DNA from: an uncultured Spirochaetota bacterium
Lineage (GTDB): Bacteria; Spirochaetota; Spirochaetia; SZUA-6; Fen-1364
Length of the DNA: 64,000 nucleotides
Reading direction: 5' to 3'
NCBI GenBank assembly: GCA_963734545.1
Contig: CAVTHO010000001.1
Location: 27,943 to 91,942, forward strand
Made by a program: the position numbers and the translations under genes. The first letter of the stretch is position 1, and each line of letters begins with the position of its first letter. The notes beneath the pieces are model-generated. The model saw only the letters and a program-made list of their open reading frames with translations, did not search any database and was not told where the DNA came from. This document shows positions 28,860 through 38,086 of the stretch, in pieces.

Positions 28860-30361
28860 CCGTGACGCCCATCCACGTGATCCCCGCGCGAGACGAGGCC
28901 AACATCGAGCAGAAGCTCGTCACCCTGCTGCTTGCCGCCGTGCAGGAGAAGCCCGACCTCATTTTTTCCGTCTTTGCGGGGACACCGGCATTCGGCGTCT
29001 ATCGTCTCCTGGTCGAGCGCGCCCGCTCGGAGCTGGTGGATTTTTCCAAGGTCCGATTCGTCGTTTTCGATGAGCTGATTCGCGAGCATGCCGGTTCCCT
29101 CGAGGGGCCCGTCGCAGCCCCGTTCCGCGCGGTGCTGGACGAGAGATTGTTCCGGCCGCTGGCCATCCTGCCGGAGAACATCATCTCCTTCAATCCGGCC
29201 AGGGACCGGGGAGGCGAAATTGCGCGCATTGCGAGCCTGCTCACGGTGGCGGGCATCGACATCGCGCTGCTCTCGGTCGATTCACGGGGGCACATCGGTT
29301 TTCACGTCTCCGGTTCAGACCTGGAGTCAGCCGCCGGCATCGTGCCCGTTGCCAACCGCGAGCGGTGGGGCGCCGCGGAGGCGTTCTCCCTCGGGCTCGC
29401 CGTCCTGGCAAAAGCCTCGCGGATTCTCCTCTTTGCCGCGGGACGCAACCTTGCGGAGATCGTGCAGAGGCTCACCGAGGGGAGCTTCGATCCCACGATC
29501 CCCATCTCCGTTCTGCAGAGGCACGGAAACGTCACCCTGGTCGCGGACGGGGGCGCCCTCTCACGCATCGAAAAGGCGGAGCGCATCAGCGGCTACTACT
29601 CGGGGTTCTTCATCATGGACGCCGAGTCGGCGCCCTCCGGCCGGAAGGCACTGGTGATCTCCCCGCACCCCGATGACGCGCCCATCAGCCTCGGCGGCAC
29701 GATGGCGATGCTCAGCCAGTCCAACAGGGTTGTCACTGCCGTGATGAGCACCGGTCATCGTTCCTTCATCTACGGAACACAGCGCGGGGAGCGTATTGCC
29801 ATCCGCGAAGCGGAGGTGACGAAGGAATCCCGTCTCCTGGGCGCGGAGCCGCGGTTCCTCCGGCTTCCCTTCTATGACAACGGCTACGAGGTGGGCGTGC
29901 GCGACCGGGAGATTCTCGCGAAGCTTCTCCTGGAGCTCGACCCTGACTGGGTCTTCGTGCCCCATGCCCGGGACACCCATCCCGCGCACATCGCCAGCCG
30001 CGCGATGGCGCTCGACTCCATTCGACAGTTTCTGGCAGGGACGAAGAAGACCGTGGAGGTCTGGAATTACGAGGGGCCCTGGGCGTTGTTCAACAGGGGG
30101 GAGTTCAACACCATCGTGACGGTGCCGCGCATCGCCTTCGAGCGCAAGCTTCAAGCCATCCGCGCGCACGAGTCCCAGGTGGCGCGTACTCCCTACGACG
30201 TTGCCGCGGAGGCCCTTGCGCGGCTTCGCTCCGCGCTCGTGCCCGAGTCCGAGCTGGCGGGGTTCGGCGCCCGGCCGCCGCGGCTGGACGCCTGGATGGA
30301 GCTGTTCCACCGGGAGACATTCCGCGGTGATCAGCCGGCGCCCCTGCGCGGCGGGGATTGA
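28856..30361 (+). CDS. NagB-like (glucosamine-6-P deaminase fold) + PIG-L deacetylase fusion
   Basis: VFDE, GHIGFH, PISVLQRHGNVTLVAD; C-terminal SPHPDD, HPAH, HESQ; GTGA overlap start. Confidence 0.75.
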   Translation: MTVTPIHVIPARDEANIEQKLVTLLLAAVQEKPDLIFSVFAGTPAFGVYRLLVERARSELVDFSKVRFVVFDELIREHAGSLEGPVAAPFRAVLDERLFRPLAILPENIISFNPARDRGGEIARIASLLTVAGIDIALLSVDSRGHIGFHVSGSDLESAAGIVPVANRERWGAAEAFSLGLAVLAKASRILLFAAGRNLAEIVQRLTEGSFDPTIPISVLQRHGNVTLVADGGALSRIEKAERISGYYSGFFIMDAESAPSGRKALVISPHPDDAPISLGGTMAMLSQSNRVVTAVMSTGHRSFIYGTQRGERIAIREAEVTKESRLLGAEPRFLRLPFYDNGYEVGVRDREILAKLLLELDPDWVFVPHARDTHPAHIASRAMALDSIRQFLAGTKKTVEVWNYEGPWALFNRGEFNTIVTVPRIAFERKLQAIRAHESQVARTPYDVAAEALARLRSALVPESELAGFGARPPRLDAWMELFHRETFRGDQPAPLRGGD

Positions 30362-30383
30362 TCAGCGGTACCGGGCACGGTGC

Positions 30384-30413
30384 AAAAAAAAGCCCGGTGA
30401 AGACCGGGCTTTT
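30384..30413. terminator. Bidirectional intrinsic terminator
   Basis: A8-GCCCGGT-GAAG-ACCGGGC-T4 between convergent genes. Confidence 0.9.
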
Positions 30414-30432
30414 CGTCGAAGCGGCTTCGAGC

Positions 30433-30618
30433 CTACTCGATAAGGATGGCTTCCGCAGGACAATCGGTTGCAGCGTCTCTCACAGCGGTTTCGAGATTTG
30501 CGGGAACGAGGGGGTTGATGACCTCTGCCGTGTCCTTCCCCATCTTGAAGACCTGGGGAACACCGTCCGTGCAAAGTCCGCAGGCGGTGCAGAGATCAGG
30601 GTCTATCCTCACCTTCAT
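30433..30618 (-). CDS. Small monocluster ferredoxin
   Basis: CTACGLC...CPAEAI; AAGGAG RBS. Confidence 0.9.
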   Translation of the reverse strand: MKVRIDPDLCTACGLCTDGVPQVFKMGKDTAEVINPLVPANLETAVRDAATDCPAEAILIE

Positions 30619-30722
30619 CGGCAGCTCCTTTCATGTTGGAATTGCCCTATGGTAGCTCAGTTTGCCCGATATTTCAACCACATGAAGGGCGCCTTCCATG
30701 GCTACAGGCTCGCTTTCGGCCA

Positions 30723-30797
30723 TCCAACTCCGCGGGGTACCGCGGAAGGGCCTCGCTCGCCCTCGCCTTCCAACTCCGCGGGGTACCGCGGAAGGGC
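30723..30797. repeat. Two 29-bp direct repeats, each with an internal palindrome (REP-like)
   Basis: TCCAACTCCGCGGGGTACCGCGGAAGGGC at 30723 and 30769; stem TCCGCGG-GGTA-CCGCGGA. Confidence 0.9.
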
Positions 30798-30802
30798 TAC
30801 GC

Positions 30803-30830
30803 TTGACAGTTTCACCATTTTCGCTATTCT
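30803..30830 (+). promoter_or_regulatory. sigma70-type promoter
   Basis: TTGACA, 16 bp, TATTCT. Confidence 0.55.
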
Positions 30831-30869
30831 TTGCAAAGAATCTGACAGAGGGGTATTGGAGGCATCGCG

Positions 30870-31124
30870 ATGATAGCTCTGACGATCGGCATCGTCCTCA
30901 TTCTCTTCGCAGTATATGCAGTTCTTCCCGTGTCATGGAGCCTCCAATGGTGGCAGGAGGTTGTTCAGTTCCTGAAAGGGGCGGTCCCGATCCTCGCCGT
31001 CTTCATCGGCCTGATCGCTTTCTTCGTCGGCGTTGCGGACATCAAGGACAAGAGGGAGGCCAGGAAAGAGGAAGAGGAGGAGAAAGCGGAGAAGAAGGCG
31101 GAGCCGGGCAAGGGGACTACTTGA
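30870..31124 (+). CDS. Small 2-TM membrane protein with charged tail, hypothetical
   Basis: GGAGG RBS; hydrophobic N-terminus, GVADIKDK, E/K-rich tail. Confidence 0.75.
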   Translation: MIALTIGIVLILFAVYAVLPVSWSLQWWQEVVQFLKGAVPILAVFIGLIAFFVGVADIKDKREARKEEEEEKAEKKAEPGKGTT

Positions 31125-31150
31125 CACTCTCCCGCCTGACGTGCAAACCT

Positions 31151-31192
31151 ACCCTTCCTGCGGCCGTTGCGCCGCATTTTCCACGGAAGGGT
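31151..31192 (+). promoter_or_regulatory. Structured 5' leader of rplM
   Basis: ACCCTTCC/GGAAGGGT outer stem enclosing the TGCGGC/GCCGCA hairpin. Confidence 0.45.
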
Positions 31193-31201
31193 TGAGAAAC
31201 G

Positions 31202-31633
31202 ATGAAAACGATATTCGTAAAACCCGCCGACGTCGAGCATAAATGGTACCTGATCGACGCGGAGGGAAAAGTTCTCGGCAGGCTCGCTTCGCGCGTCGTG
31301 GCGATCCTTCGCGGGAAGAACAAGCCGGAGTTCACCCCTCACTGGGACCTCGGTGACTCCGTGGTCATCATCAATGCGGACAAGATCCGCGTGACGGGGC
31401 GCAAGCCCGCGCAGAAGATGTACTACCGGCACTCGCGCTACCCGGGCGGCTTTCGCGCCGAGCCCTTCGAGAAGGTGTTCGCCCGCAAGCCCGCGTGGCC
31501 GCTGGAAAGGGCCATCGAAGGCATGCTTCCCAAGGGCCCCCTGGGCCGCAAGATCTTCAAGCGGCTGAAGGTGTACGCCGGGCCCGAGCATCCGCACGCG
31601 GCACAGAAGCCCGTCAAGCTCGAGATTTCCTGA
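31202..31633 (+). CDS. rplM: 50S ribosomal protein L13
   Basis: [37 protein letters not shown]. Confidence 0.98.
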   Translation: MKTIFVKPADVEHKWYLIDAEGKVLGRLASRVVAILRGKNKPEFTPHWDLGDSVVIINADKIRVTGRKPAQKMYYRHSRYPGGFRAEPFEKVFARKPAWPLERAIEGMLPKGPLGRKIFKRLKVYAGPEHPHAAQKPVKLEIS

Positions 31634-31650
31634 GAAACGAGGAGAAGACC

Positions 31651-32043
31651 TTGGTCAAGAATCTTTCGGTTGCGACCGGAAAGCGCAAGACGTCGATTGC
31701 CCGTGTTTTCCTCCGCGACGGCGCGGGGAAGATCTCGGTGAACGGCAAGAGCGTGGAAGAGTATTTCGCGGGGTTGACCACGGCGCAGAGCGTCCGGAGC
31801 CCCCTGGACGTGACGAACAGCACTGGCAAGTTCGACGTCCTCATCACGGTGAAGGGCGGCGGTGTGTCCTCGCAGATCGAGGCCTGTCGGCACGGCATTG
31901 CCCGGGCCCTGAACACCTACGACGCATCCAACCACATGGCGCTTCGCGCCAACGGATTCCTCACGCGTGACTCGCGGATGGTGGAAAGGAAGAAGTACGG
32001 ACAGGCCGGTGCACGGAGAAGGTTCCAGTTCTCCAAGCGCTGA
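31651..32043 (+). CDS. rpsI: 30S ribosomal protein S9
   Basis: GKRKTSIARV, LTRDSRMVERKKYG...FQFSKR; GAGGAG RBS and TTG start. Confidence 0.97.
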   Translation: MVKNLSVATGKRKTSIARVFLRDGAGKISVNGKSVEEYFAGLTTAQSVRSPLDVTNSTGKFDVLITVKGGGVSSQIEACRHGIARALNTYDASNHMALRANGFLTRDSRMVERKKYGQAGARRRFQFSKR

Positions 32044-32680
32044 TGCAGCGCCGTCTTCCGACGGCCTGACAGTCATTTCCGTCGAGCTCAAGGGAGCCAC
32101 CGGAGAGGCGGTTCGCATCCACCTCTCCGATGGCTCTTTCTTTATCCTGCACGCCGAGGTTTTTGCGCGGGAGGCCATTTCCGCGGGCACGCCCCTGGAC
32201 CCGGAGAAAGTGGCCGCGCTCCTGTCCCGGTCCGAACGCGTATTCGCGCGGCTGCGCGCCCTCTCCCTTCTTTCGCGCGCGGCGCACAGCCGGAAAGGGC
32301 TCGAGCGGAAGCTCGCCTCGCGCGGATTCGGCGCCGAGGCAATACGGGACGCCATTGGCCGCGTGAGCGAGCTGGGGTACCTGGACGACAGGACGTTCGC
32401 GGAAGGCTGGGTGCGCTCACGCATGTCGGCGGGGAAGACAGGATGGAACGCGCTCTACAGGGGACTGCTCGCCAAGGGCGTGGCGCGCGCTATTGCCGAG
32501 GAGGTCGTGAGCGCGCTCTGCTCCCACGAGGATGAGCTCGAAAGCGCACGGCAGCTTTCGGAGGGGCTTTCGCCCGCAGCGGCCATCCGCAAGCTCGCCG
32601 GCCGCGGTTTTCGCTCCCGCACCATCGCGAAAGTGCTCAAGGAGAAGAAAGGTACAGGTCGTGGAGAAGGGGAGGATTGA
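32043..32680 (+). CDS. recX: Regulatory protein RecX (start uncertain: CTG 32066, or ATG 32043 with a frameshift)
   Basis: ALSLLSR, KLASRGF, GYLDDRTFA, LLAKGV, LAGRGF. Confidence 0.8.
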
Positions 32681-33311
32681 AGTGGAAGCTGCGCTGCAGC
32701 ACGGCCCGCGGCAGGTCGATGATCCGCGGCGCGCAGTCCAGGATCACCGAGTCCGATGATGCCACTATGCCTTCGTAGCTTTTCAATGGATAATCGGCGC
32801 TGTGCGCGACAGAGACCTGCGTGGGGCAGGGGATCTGCCCGATATTCCGGCGGACCTCTTCGGCCATGAGACCGGAAAAAGCAATCGGCGCATCGAGGAA
32901 CACGTCGATCCGGGAAGGCGCCATCATCGTCAGCTCGCCCACGATCTCCTGGAACGCACGGGCCGTGAGCTCCGAGGAACGATAGCTGCCATGCGTTGCG
33001 GAAGAGTCCCGCAGAATCCCGTCATCCGAGATGAATACGGGAGATCCGCGAAGGTAGCTCTCCACCGTAATCAGCACATTGTACCAGTCGATGCCGAGGC
33101 TGCTGCCCGGGACATCTGCGGGGAGAACGATCTTGCTCCGCCGCGATCCGGCAATCGCCTCTGCGACGATGCCGCGGAACATGCTGTTGCGCTGCACGCG
33201 CGTCAGCCGGTGCCTGTCCCCGACGAGTTTCAACGTCGCTTTTTCCGGATAGCCTTTCTCTCTGAGGTACTTGTATTCGGCGCAGGCTTCGGAGAAGAAA
33301 TTCGTTGACAT
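32637..33311 (-). CDS. DUF434-family protein (PIN-like fold)
   Basis: YLREKGY...LVGDRHRL, IDWYNVLITVES, DGILRD, DAPIAFSG, SSDSVILD. Confidence 0.75.
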   Translation of the reverse strand: MSTNFFSEACAEYKYLREKGYPEKATLKLVGDRHRLTRVQRNSMFRGIVAEAIAGSRRSKIVLPADVPGSSLGIDWYNVLITVESYLRGSPVFISDDGILRDSSATHGSYRSSELTARAFQEIVGELTMMAPSRIDVFLDAPIAFSGLMAEEVRRNIGQIPCPTQVSVAHSADYPLKSYEGIVASSDSVILDCAPRIIDLPRAVLQRSFHFNPPLLHDLYLSSP

Positions 33312-33332
33312 TATGGATATAATTGGTATACT
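33305..33332 (+). promoter_or_regulatory. Strong sigma70-type promoter overlapping the divergent start codon
   Basis: TTGACA(33305), 16 bp, TATACT(33327) preceded by TGG. Confidence 0.7.
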
Positions 33333-33383
33333 GAATAGTATTGAGAATTGCCAGTGTTGCCCGACACTGTCGAAAGGATAACA

Positions 33384-34019
33384 ATGATGGGAAAGAAAGA
33401 AAAGAAGGTAAGGATATTTTCCGCGCTCGAAGTCGCTGACATCTGCGGCGTCGTCAACCAGACCGCAATCAACTGGATAAAGAACGGATTCCTGAAAGCT
33501 TTCATGACGCCGGGCGGTCAGTACCGGGTGTACGCGGAGGATCTCTTTGCCTTTCTCTCTTCCCGCGGCATGAGGATCCCTGCCGAGCTCGCGGAGAGCC
33601 AGGAAGAGGGGCCTGACTGGGGGCGCATCCTGATCGTGGACGACGACCAGGCCATCAACACCGCGCTGAAAAGATACCTGACGCGAAAGATGCCCAGCTC
33701 TACGATCATGCAGGCGTTCGACGGTTTCGAGGCGGGCAAGCTCATCTCGGAGGCGCGCCCGGGCGTGATCCTCCTGGACATCAGCCTGCCCGGTATCGAC
33801 GGGCACAAGCTGTGCCGGCGGATCAAGGAAGACCAGGCGCTCGGCTCGCCGATCATCATCGCCATCACGGGAATCGCGGAAGACGACGTGGAGGCGACCA
33901 TCCTGGAGGAAGGCGCGGACGCGTTCTTCCGCAAGCCGTTGAACTTCGAGAAGCTGGAGGAGAAGATCGGGGAGCTCTCCACGGCGCGCGTGGCGAGGAA
34001 AGTAGCGGATGAGCGATAA
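33384..34019 (+). CDS. Excisionase-like HTH + receiver-domain regulator
   Basis: EVADICGV...TAINWI...TPGGQYR; ILIVDDD, LLDISLP, FRKP. Confidence 0.88.
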   Translation: MMGKKEKKVRIFSALEVADICGVVNQTAINWIKNGFLKAFMTPGGQYRVYAEDLFAFLSSRGMRIPAELAESQEEGPDWGRILIVDDDQAINTALKRYLTRKMPSSTIMQAFDGFEAGKLISEARPGVILLDISLPGIDGHKLCRRIKEDQALGSPIIIAITGIAEDDVEATILEEGADAFFRKPLNFEKLEEKIGELSTARVARKVADER

Positions 34020-34368
34020 GCCCGTCATCCTCGTGGTCGAGGACGAGGATTCCATACGCCTCACGCTCCGCGACTACTTGAAAAAGAAGGGGCACGAGGT
34101 GATCGTGGCCTCCGACGGGGTCGGTGCCATCAAGCAGATCCTCGATCATCCCGTCGACCTCGTCGTGACCGACTACCGGATGGATATCCTCGGGGGCGAC
34201 TATTGGATACGGTTCCTGCGGGAGTTCTGCACGAACAAGAAAGTCATCATCACCAGCGGCTTCCTGCAGCCTGAGTTCCCCATCCCGTTTCCCGTCGTGT
34301 ACAAACCGTACGACTATGCCGAGCTGGAGGCGATGATCCGCACCACGCTCGCGGGGAGTGGGGCCTGA
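34009..34368 (+). CDS. Single-domain response regulator
   Basis: ILVVEDE, VTDYRM, ITSG, KP. Confidence 0.85.
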   Translation: MSDKPVILVVEDEDSIRLTLRDYLKKKGHEVIVASDGVGAIKQILDHPVDLVVTDYRMDILGGDYWIRFLREFCTNKKVIITSGFLQPEFPIPFPVVYKPYDYAELEAMIRTTLAGSGA

Positions 34369-34378
34369 GCGCTGGCCC

Positions 34379-34684
34379 ATGGCGGAGAACAGGGCCGCCC
34401 CGGGCGGCGAACAGCGGGCCTTCCGGGCGCTCGTGATCGGTCGCGTGCAGGGAGTCGGTTTCAGGTACTCGGCCATCCACGAAGCGCGAAGGCTTGGAAT
34501 CAAGGGCACAGTCTCCAACCAGCCGGATGGCAGCGTCGAGGTCGTGGCTGAAGGAGAGGCGGACAGGCTTGCCCGGCTCGTCTCCTGGCTCCGCAAAGGC
34601 CCTCCCGGCGCTCACGTGCGTGACCTTCAAATCCAGTGGATGCCCTTCACCGGCCGGTACACCGACTTCGAAGTCGAGTTCTGA
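34379..34684 (+). CDS. acyP: Acylphosphatase
   Basis: GRVQGVGFR, NQPDGSVEV, GPPGA. Confidence 0.92.
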   Translation: MAENRAAPGGEQRAFRALVIGRVQGVGFRYSAIHEARRLGIKGTVSNQPDGSVEVVAEGEADRLARLVSWLRKGPPGAHVRDLQIQWMPFTGRYTDFEVEF

Positions 34685-34801
34685 TACATGGTGCCGCGTT
34701 CACGCGGAACGCGTGCTCCGCGCGGCTTGCCCGCTGCTACTTGCACTCGCCCCGTGGTTCTGGTAGAAGGAGCGCAGCCCGGGGACATGAGGAGAAGGTG
34801 A

Positions 34802-36634
34802 ATGTGCGGAATATTCGGCTACGCGGGACCCGATGCGAACCCTGAGGTCCTGATCGAAGGCATCAAGAGACTCGAGTATCGGGGCTACGACTCCTGGGGC
34901 GTCTGCGTCGCGTTCAACGATCAGCTCTCCATGCTTCGGCGGGTGGGGAGAATCGGCGGGGTGGACGGCGGCGCGCTGGGCCTTGGGTCTCACGGGTCCG
35001 CCGGCGCGGGAATCGCCCATACACGCTGGGCCACACACGGCGCGCCGACCGAGGCCAACGCGCATCCTCACGTCGACTGCTCGGGGAAGATAGCCGTCAT
35101 CCACAACGGCATCATCGAAAACCATTCCGCCCTGCGCACCAAGCTCATCGCGCAGGGGCATCGATTCATCAGTGAAACGGACACGGAGGTCATCCCGCAC
35201 CTCATCGAGGAGCTCCTGAAGACGGAGCCCACGTTTTCCGCGGCGTTTCTTGCCGCCATGAAGCTCCTGGTCGGGGCCTACGGCATTGCCACCCTGTGGG
35301 CGGGAGAGCCCGGCTCGGTCCACGTGGCGCGGCACGGCAGCCCCATCGTCCTCGGCCTGGGGAAGAACAAGACGCTCGTGGCGAGCGACCCGGCGCCGCT
35401 CGTGGCCCACACGCGCGAGGTGATCTACCTGGACGACGGTGAAGCCGCCATCCTGCATTCCGACGGGTTCGAGACCAGGACCCTGGAGGGCGCGCCTGTC
35501 AGCAAGCGCGTGCAGCAGATCGCCTTCAGCCTTCCCGACGTCGAAAGGGGCGGATTTCCCCATTTCATGCTCAAGGAGATCTCCGAGCAGCCCGAATCGA
35601 TTCACAACGCCTTCCGCGGCAGGATCGTGCGCTCCGAAGGCACCGCCAAGCTGGGGGGCGTCGAAGAGGCAGTGCTGCGAAAGACGAAGCGCTGCCATAT
35701 CGTTGCCTGCGGCACGTCATGGAACGCGGGCCTGATCGGAAAGTACCTGCTGGAGAACCTCGCGCGCATCCCCACGCAGGTGACCTTCGGGGCCGAGTTC
35801 CGCTATTCGCACCCTGTCCTCGAACCGGACACCATGGTGATTGCCGTCAGTCAGTCCGGGGAGACCGCGGACACCCTTGCCGGTGTGCGCGAGGCCAAGC
35901 TCGCCGGCGCGGAGACCATCGGTATCTGCAACGTGGTCGGATCGAGCATCGCCCGGGAGTGCGGCAAAGGCATCTATATTCATGCCGGCCCCGAGATCGG
36001 CGTCGCCTCCACCAAGGCGTTCACGAGCCAGCTCGTGGTCCTGAGCCTCCTGGCGGTGCACATGGGGCGCATGCGCGGGCTTTCCCTTCGCGCAGGGCTT
36101 CTCTACCTGGACGCGCTGGAGCGCCTGCCCGAGCAGACGGCGCACATCCTGGCGCAGAAGGACCGCATTGCGGAGATCGCCCGGAAGTACGCGCGCTGCG
36201 ACAACTTCCTCTTCGTGGGCAGGCTGTACGAGTATCCTACCGCCCTGGAAGGGGCTTTGAAGCTGAAAGAGATCTCGTACATCCACGCCGAGGGCGTGCA
36301 GGCCGCCGAGATGAAACATGGCCCCATCGCCCTGATCGAACCGGGCGTGCCGACCGTCCTGCTGGCGGCCCAGGCGGAGATCAGGGACAAGATGATGGGG
36401 AACGCGAACGAGATCCTGGCGCGCAAGGGCAAGATCATCGCGGTGGCGCAGGAGGGGGACCACGAGCTTGCGAAGCTCGCGGCGGACGTGATCTACATCC
36501 CCCGGACGCTCGACGCCCTGGTGCCCATCCTGGCGGTCATCCCCCTGCAGCTCTTTGCGTACTATACGGCGGTCGAACGCGGATGCGACGTGGACAAGCC
36601 GCGCAACCTCGCCAAGAGCGTGACGGTGGAGTAG
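34802..36634 (+). CDS. glmS: Glutamine--fructose-6-phosphate aminotransferase
   Basis: MCGIFG, LEYRGYDS, HTRWATHG, SQSGETADT, PRNLAKSVTVE. Confidence 0.97.
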   Translation: MCGIFGYAGPDANPEVLIEGIKRLEYRGYDSWGVCVAFNDQLSMLRRVGRIGGVDGGALGLGSHGSAGAGIAHTRWATHGAPTEANAHPHVDCSGKIAVIHNGIIENHSALRTKLIAQGHRFISETDTEVIPHLIEELLKTEPTFSAAFLAAMKLLVGAYGIATLWAGEPGSVHVARHGSPIVLGLGKNKTLVASDPAPLVAHTREVIYLDDGEAAILHSDGFETRTLEGAPVSKRVQQIAFSLPDVERGGFPHFMLKEISEQPESIHNAFRGRIVRSEGTAKLGGVEEAVLRKTKRCHIVACGTSWNAGLIGKYLLENLARIPTQVTFGAEFRYSHPVLEPDTMVIAVSQSGETADTLAGVREAKLAGAETIGICNVVGSSIARECGKGIYIHAGPEIGVASTKAFTSQLVVLSLLAVHMGRMRGLSLRAGLLYLDALERLPEQTAHILAQKDRIAEIARKYARCDNFLFVGRLYEYPTALEGALKLKEISYIHAEGVQAAEMKHGPIALIEPGVPTVLLAAQAEIRDKMMGNANEILARKGKIIAVAQEGDHELAKLAADVIYIPRTLDALVPILAVIPLQLFAYYTAVERGCDVDKPRNLAKSVTVE

Positions 36635-36638
36635 GGGA

Positions 36639-37871
36639 ATGGCCACACAGATCGTCCTCTTCGAAGACCACCTCCTGTGCGACATGAGCCCCATCACCCT
36701 GACCCGCCCGGCCTTTGCCGTGACGTGCGCGTGCTGCACGCTGTTCGACATCGTCTCCGCGGCGGCGGGCGGTGCCGGCTGGGTGGTGCGTGACTATCTC
36801 TCCGGGTCTGCCGGCCTTCGGTATGCCCGCCAGCCGCTGGGCACGGGGCCGAAGCTCTTCCTCAACGCGTCGATCGTGCCGGACGTGCGCTACGGGGAGC
36901 GGATCCGCCAGCTTGCCGCGGAAGCGCGGCCGTTCGTGGCCACCGCGGGAGGAAGGGTGTCGGCCGCCTTGCTGCCCGCGGGGGTATCTGCGCCGAGCCC
37001 GCTCACATCGGAGAACGTCACCCCATGGCTCCTGGAGCTGAAGCTGCCGCTGCACGACGAAGAGTACTTCAAGACGCTCGATCACCAGTACGAGGTGATC
37101 AAGTACATGGAGCCGCTGTTTCCCGGAAACATCGCCGAGCGCATACGCACCGGATCGTACCGCGAATGGAAACCCGGCGTGTTCTGCGCGGAGAACGTCT
37201 TCGTCGCGGACACGGCGGTCTTTCGCACCCGGGAGGGACCCGTGGTCCTGGAACGCGGCGTGGAGGCGCTGGACTTCACGTACTTCGTCGGCCCCGTGCA
37301 CGTGGGGGCAAAATCGCGCGTCATCGAGCGCGCGTCTCTCAAGGAGCGCGTCTGCGTGGGAGAGACCTGCAAGATCGGCGGCGAGGTGGAGGCGAGCGTC
37401 ATCGAGAGCTTCACCAACAAGCAGCACCACGGTTTTCTCGGGCACTCGTGGGTGGGCTCGTGGGTGAATCTCGGCGCCGGCACGAGCAACAGTGATCTGA
37501 AGAACACCTATGGCGAAGTGCGCCTGGAATACCCGCATCGGCGGGTGGATACCGGCATGCAGTTCCTGGGCTGCGTGATAGGAGACTTCGCGAAGAGCGC
37601 CATCAACACGAGCATCTTCACGGGCAAGATCGTCGGCGTCGCGAGCATGCTCTACGGTTCGATCGGCTCCAATGTGGCCAGCTTCTGCAACTATGCGCGC
37701 TCCTTCGGCCAGATCACCGAATGCCCCGTGGACCAGGCCATTCTGATCCAGAAGAGGATGTTCGAGCGCCGCGGCATTCAACAGACCCCCGAGGATGCGG
37801 AGCTGCTTCGAACGGTTTTCGAGCTGACCCGCACCGAGCGGCTGATTTCGGACGAGCCTCCGTCACTGTAG
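36639..37871 (+). CDS. GlmU-related putative sugar nucleotidyl/acetyltransferase (hexapeptide repeats)
   Basis: PITLTRP N-terminal motif; CKIGGEVE, NKQHHGFLGHS, NLGAGTSNSDLKNTY. Confidence 0.8.
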   Translation: MATQIVLFEDHLLCDMSPITLTRPAFAVTCACCTLFDIVSAAAGGAGWVVRDYLSGSAGLRYARQPLGTGPKLFLNASIVPDVRYGERIRQLAAEARPFVATAGGRVSAALLPAGVSAPSPLTSENVTPWLLELKLPLHDEEYFKTLDHQYEVIKYMEPLFPGNIAERIRTGSYREWKPGVFCAENVFVADTAVFRTREGPVVLERGVEALDFTYFVGPVHVGAKSRVIERASLKERVCVGETCKIGGEVEASVIESFTNKQHHGFLGHSWVGSWVNLGAGTSNSDLKNTYGEVRLEYPHRRVDTGMQFLGCVIGDFAKSAINTSIFTGKIVGVASMLYGSIGSNVASFCNYARSFGQITECPVDQAILIQKRMFERRGIQQTPEDAELLRTVFELTRTERLISDEPPSL

Positions 37872-38051
37872 CCCCCGGGCCTGGCGTACGCCCCATTTCT
37901 CGGGCCCAGGCACGCACCACAAACACGCCTAAATGTACGTTTGAGCATGTATTTCATTGCTCTGCTCCCGCAGGCCAGGACTGCGCCAGGCCCTTACCCC
38001 GCCAATCCCTGGTATTGACAGAGATCGACCTGCCGGTGTTACCATCGGCTA

Positions 38052-38072
38052 TCTATGCATAGACTGTCTATG
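38052..38072. promoter_or_regulatory. Overlapping palindromes, candidate repressor operator
   Basis: TCTATGCATAGA (38052-63) and CATAGACTGTCTATG (38058-72) immediately before the RBS. Confidence 0.45.
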
Positions 38073-38086
38073 TAGGAGGGTCGATC

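Noticed and set aside
30723-30797. CRISPR array
   Set aside because: Only two repeats, a 17-bp intervening sequence resembling the upstream flank, and no cas genes
34685-34801. glmS ribozyme
   Set aside because: Short intergenic region, no AGCGCC-type catalytic core, and a likely promoter close to the start
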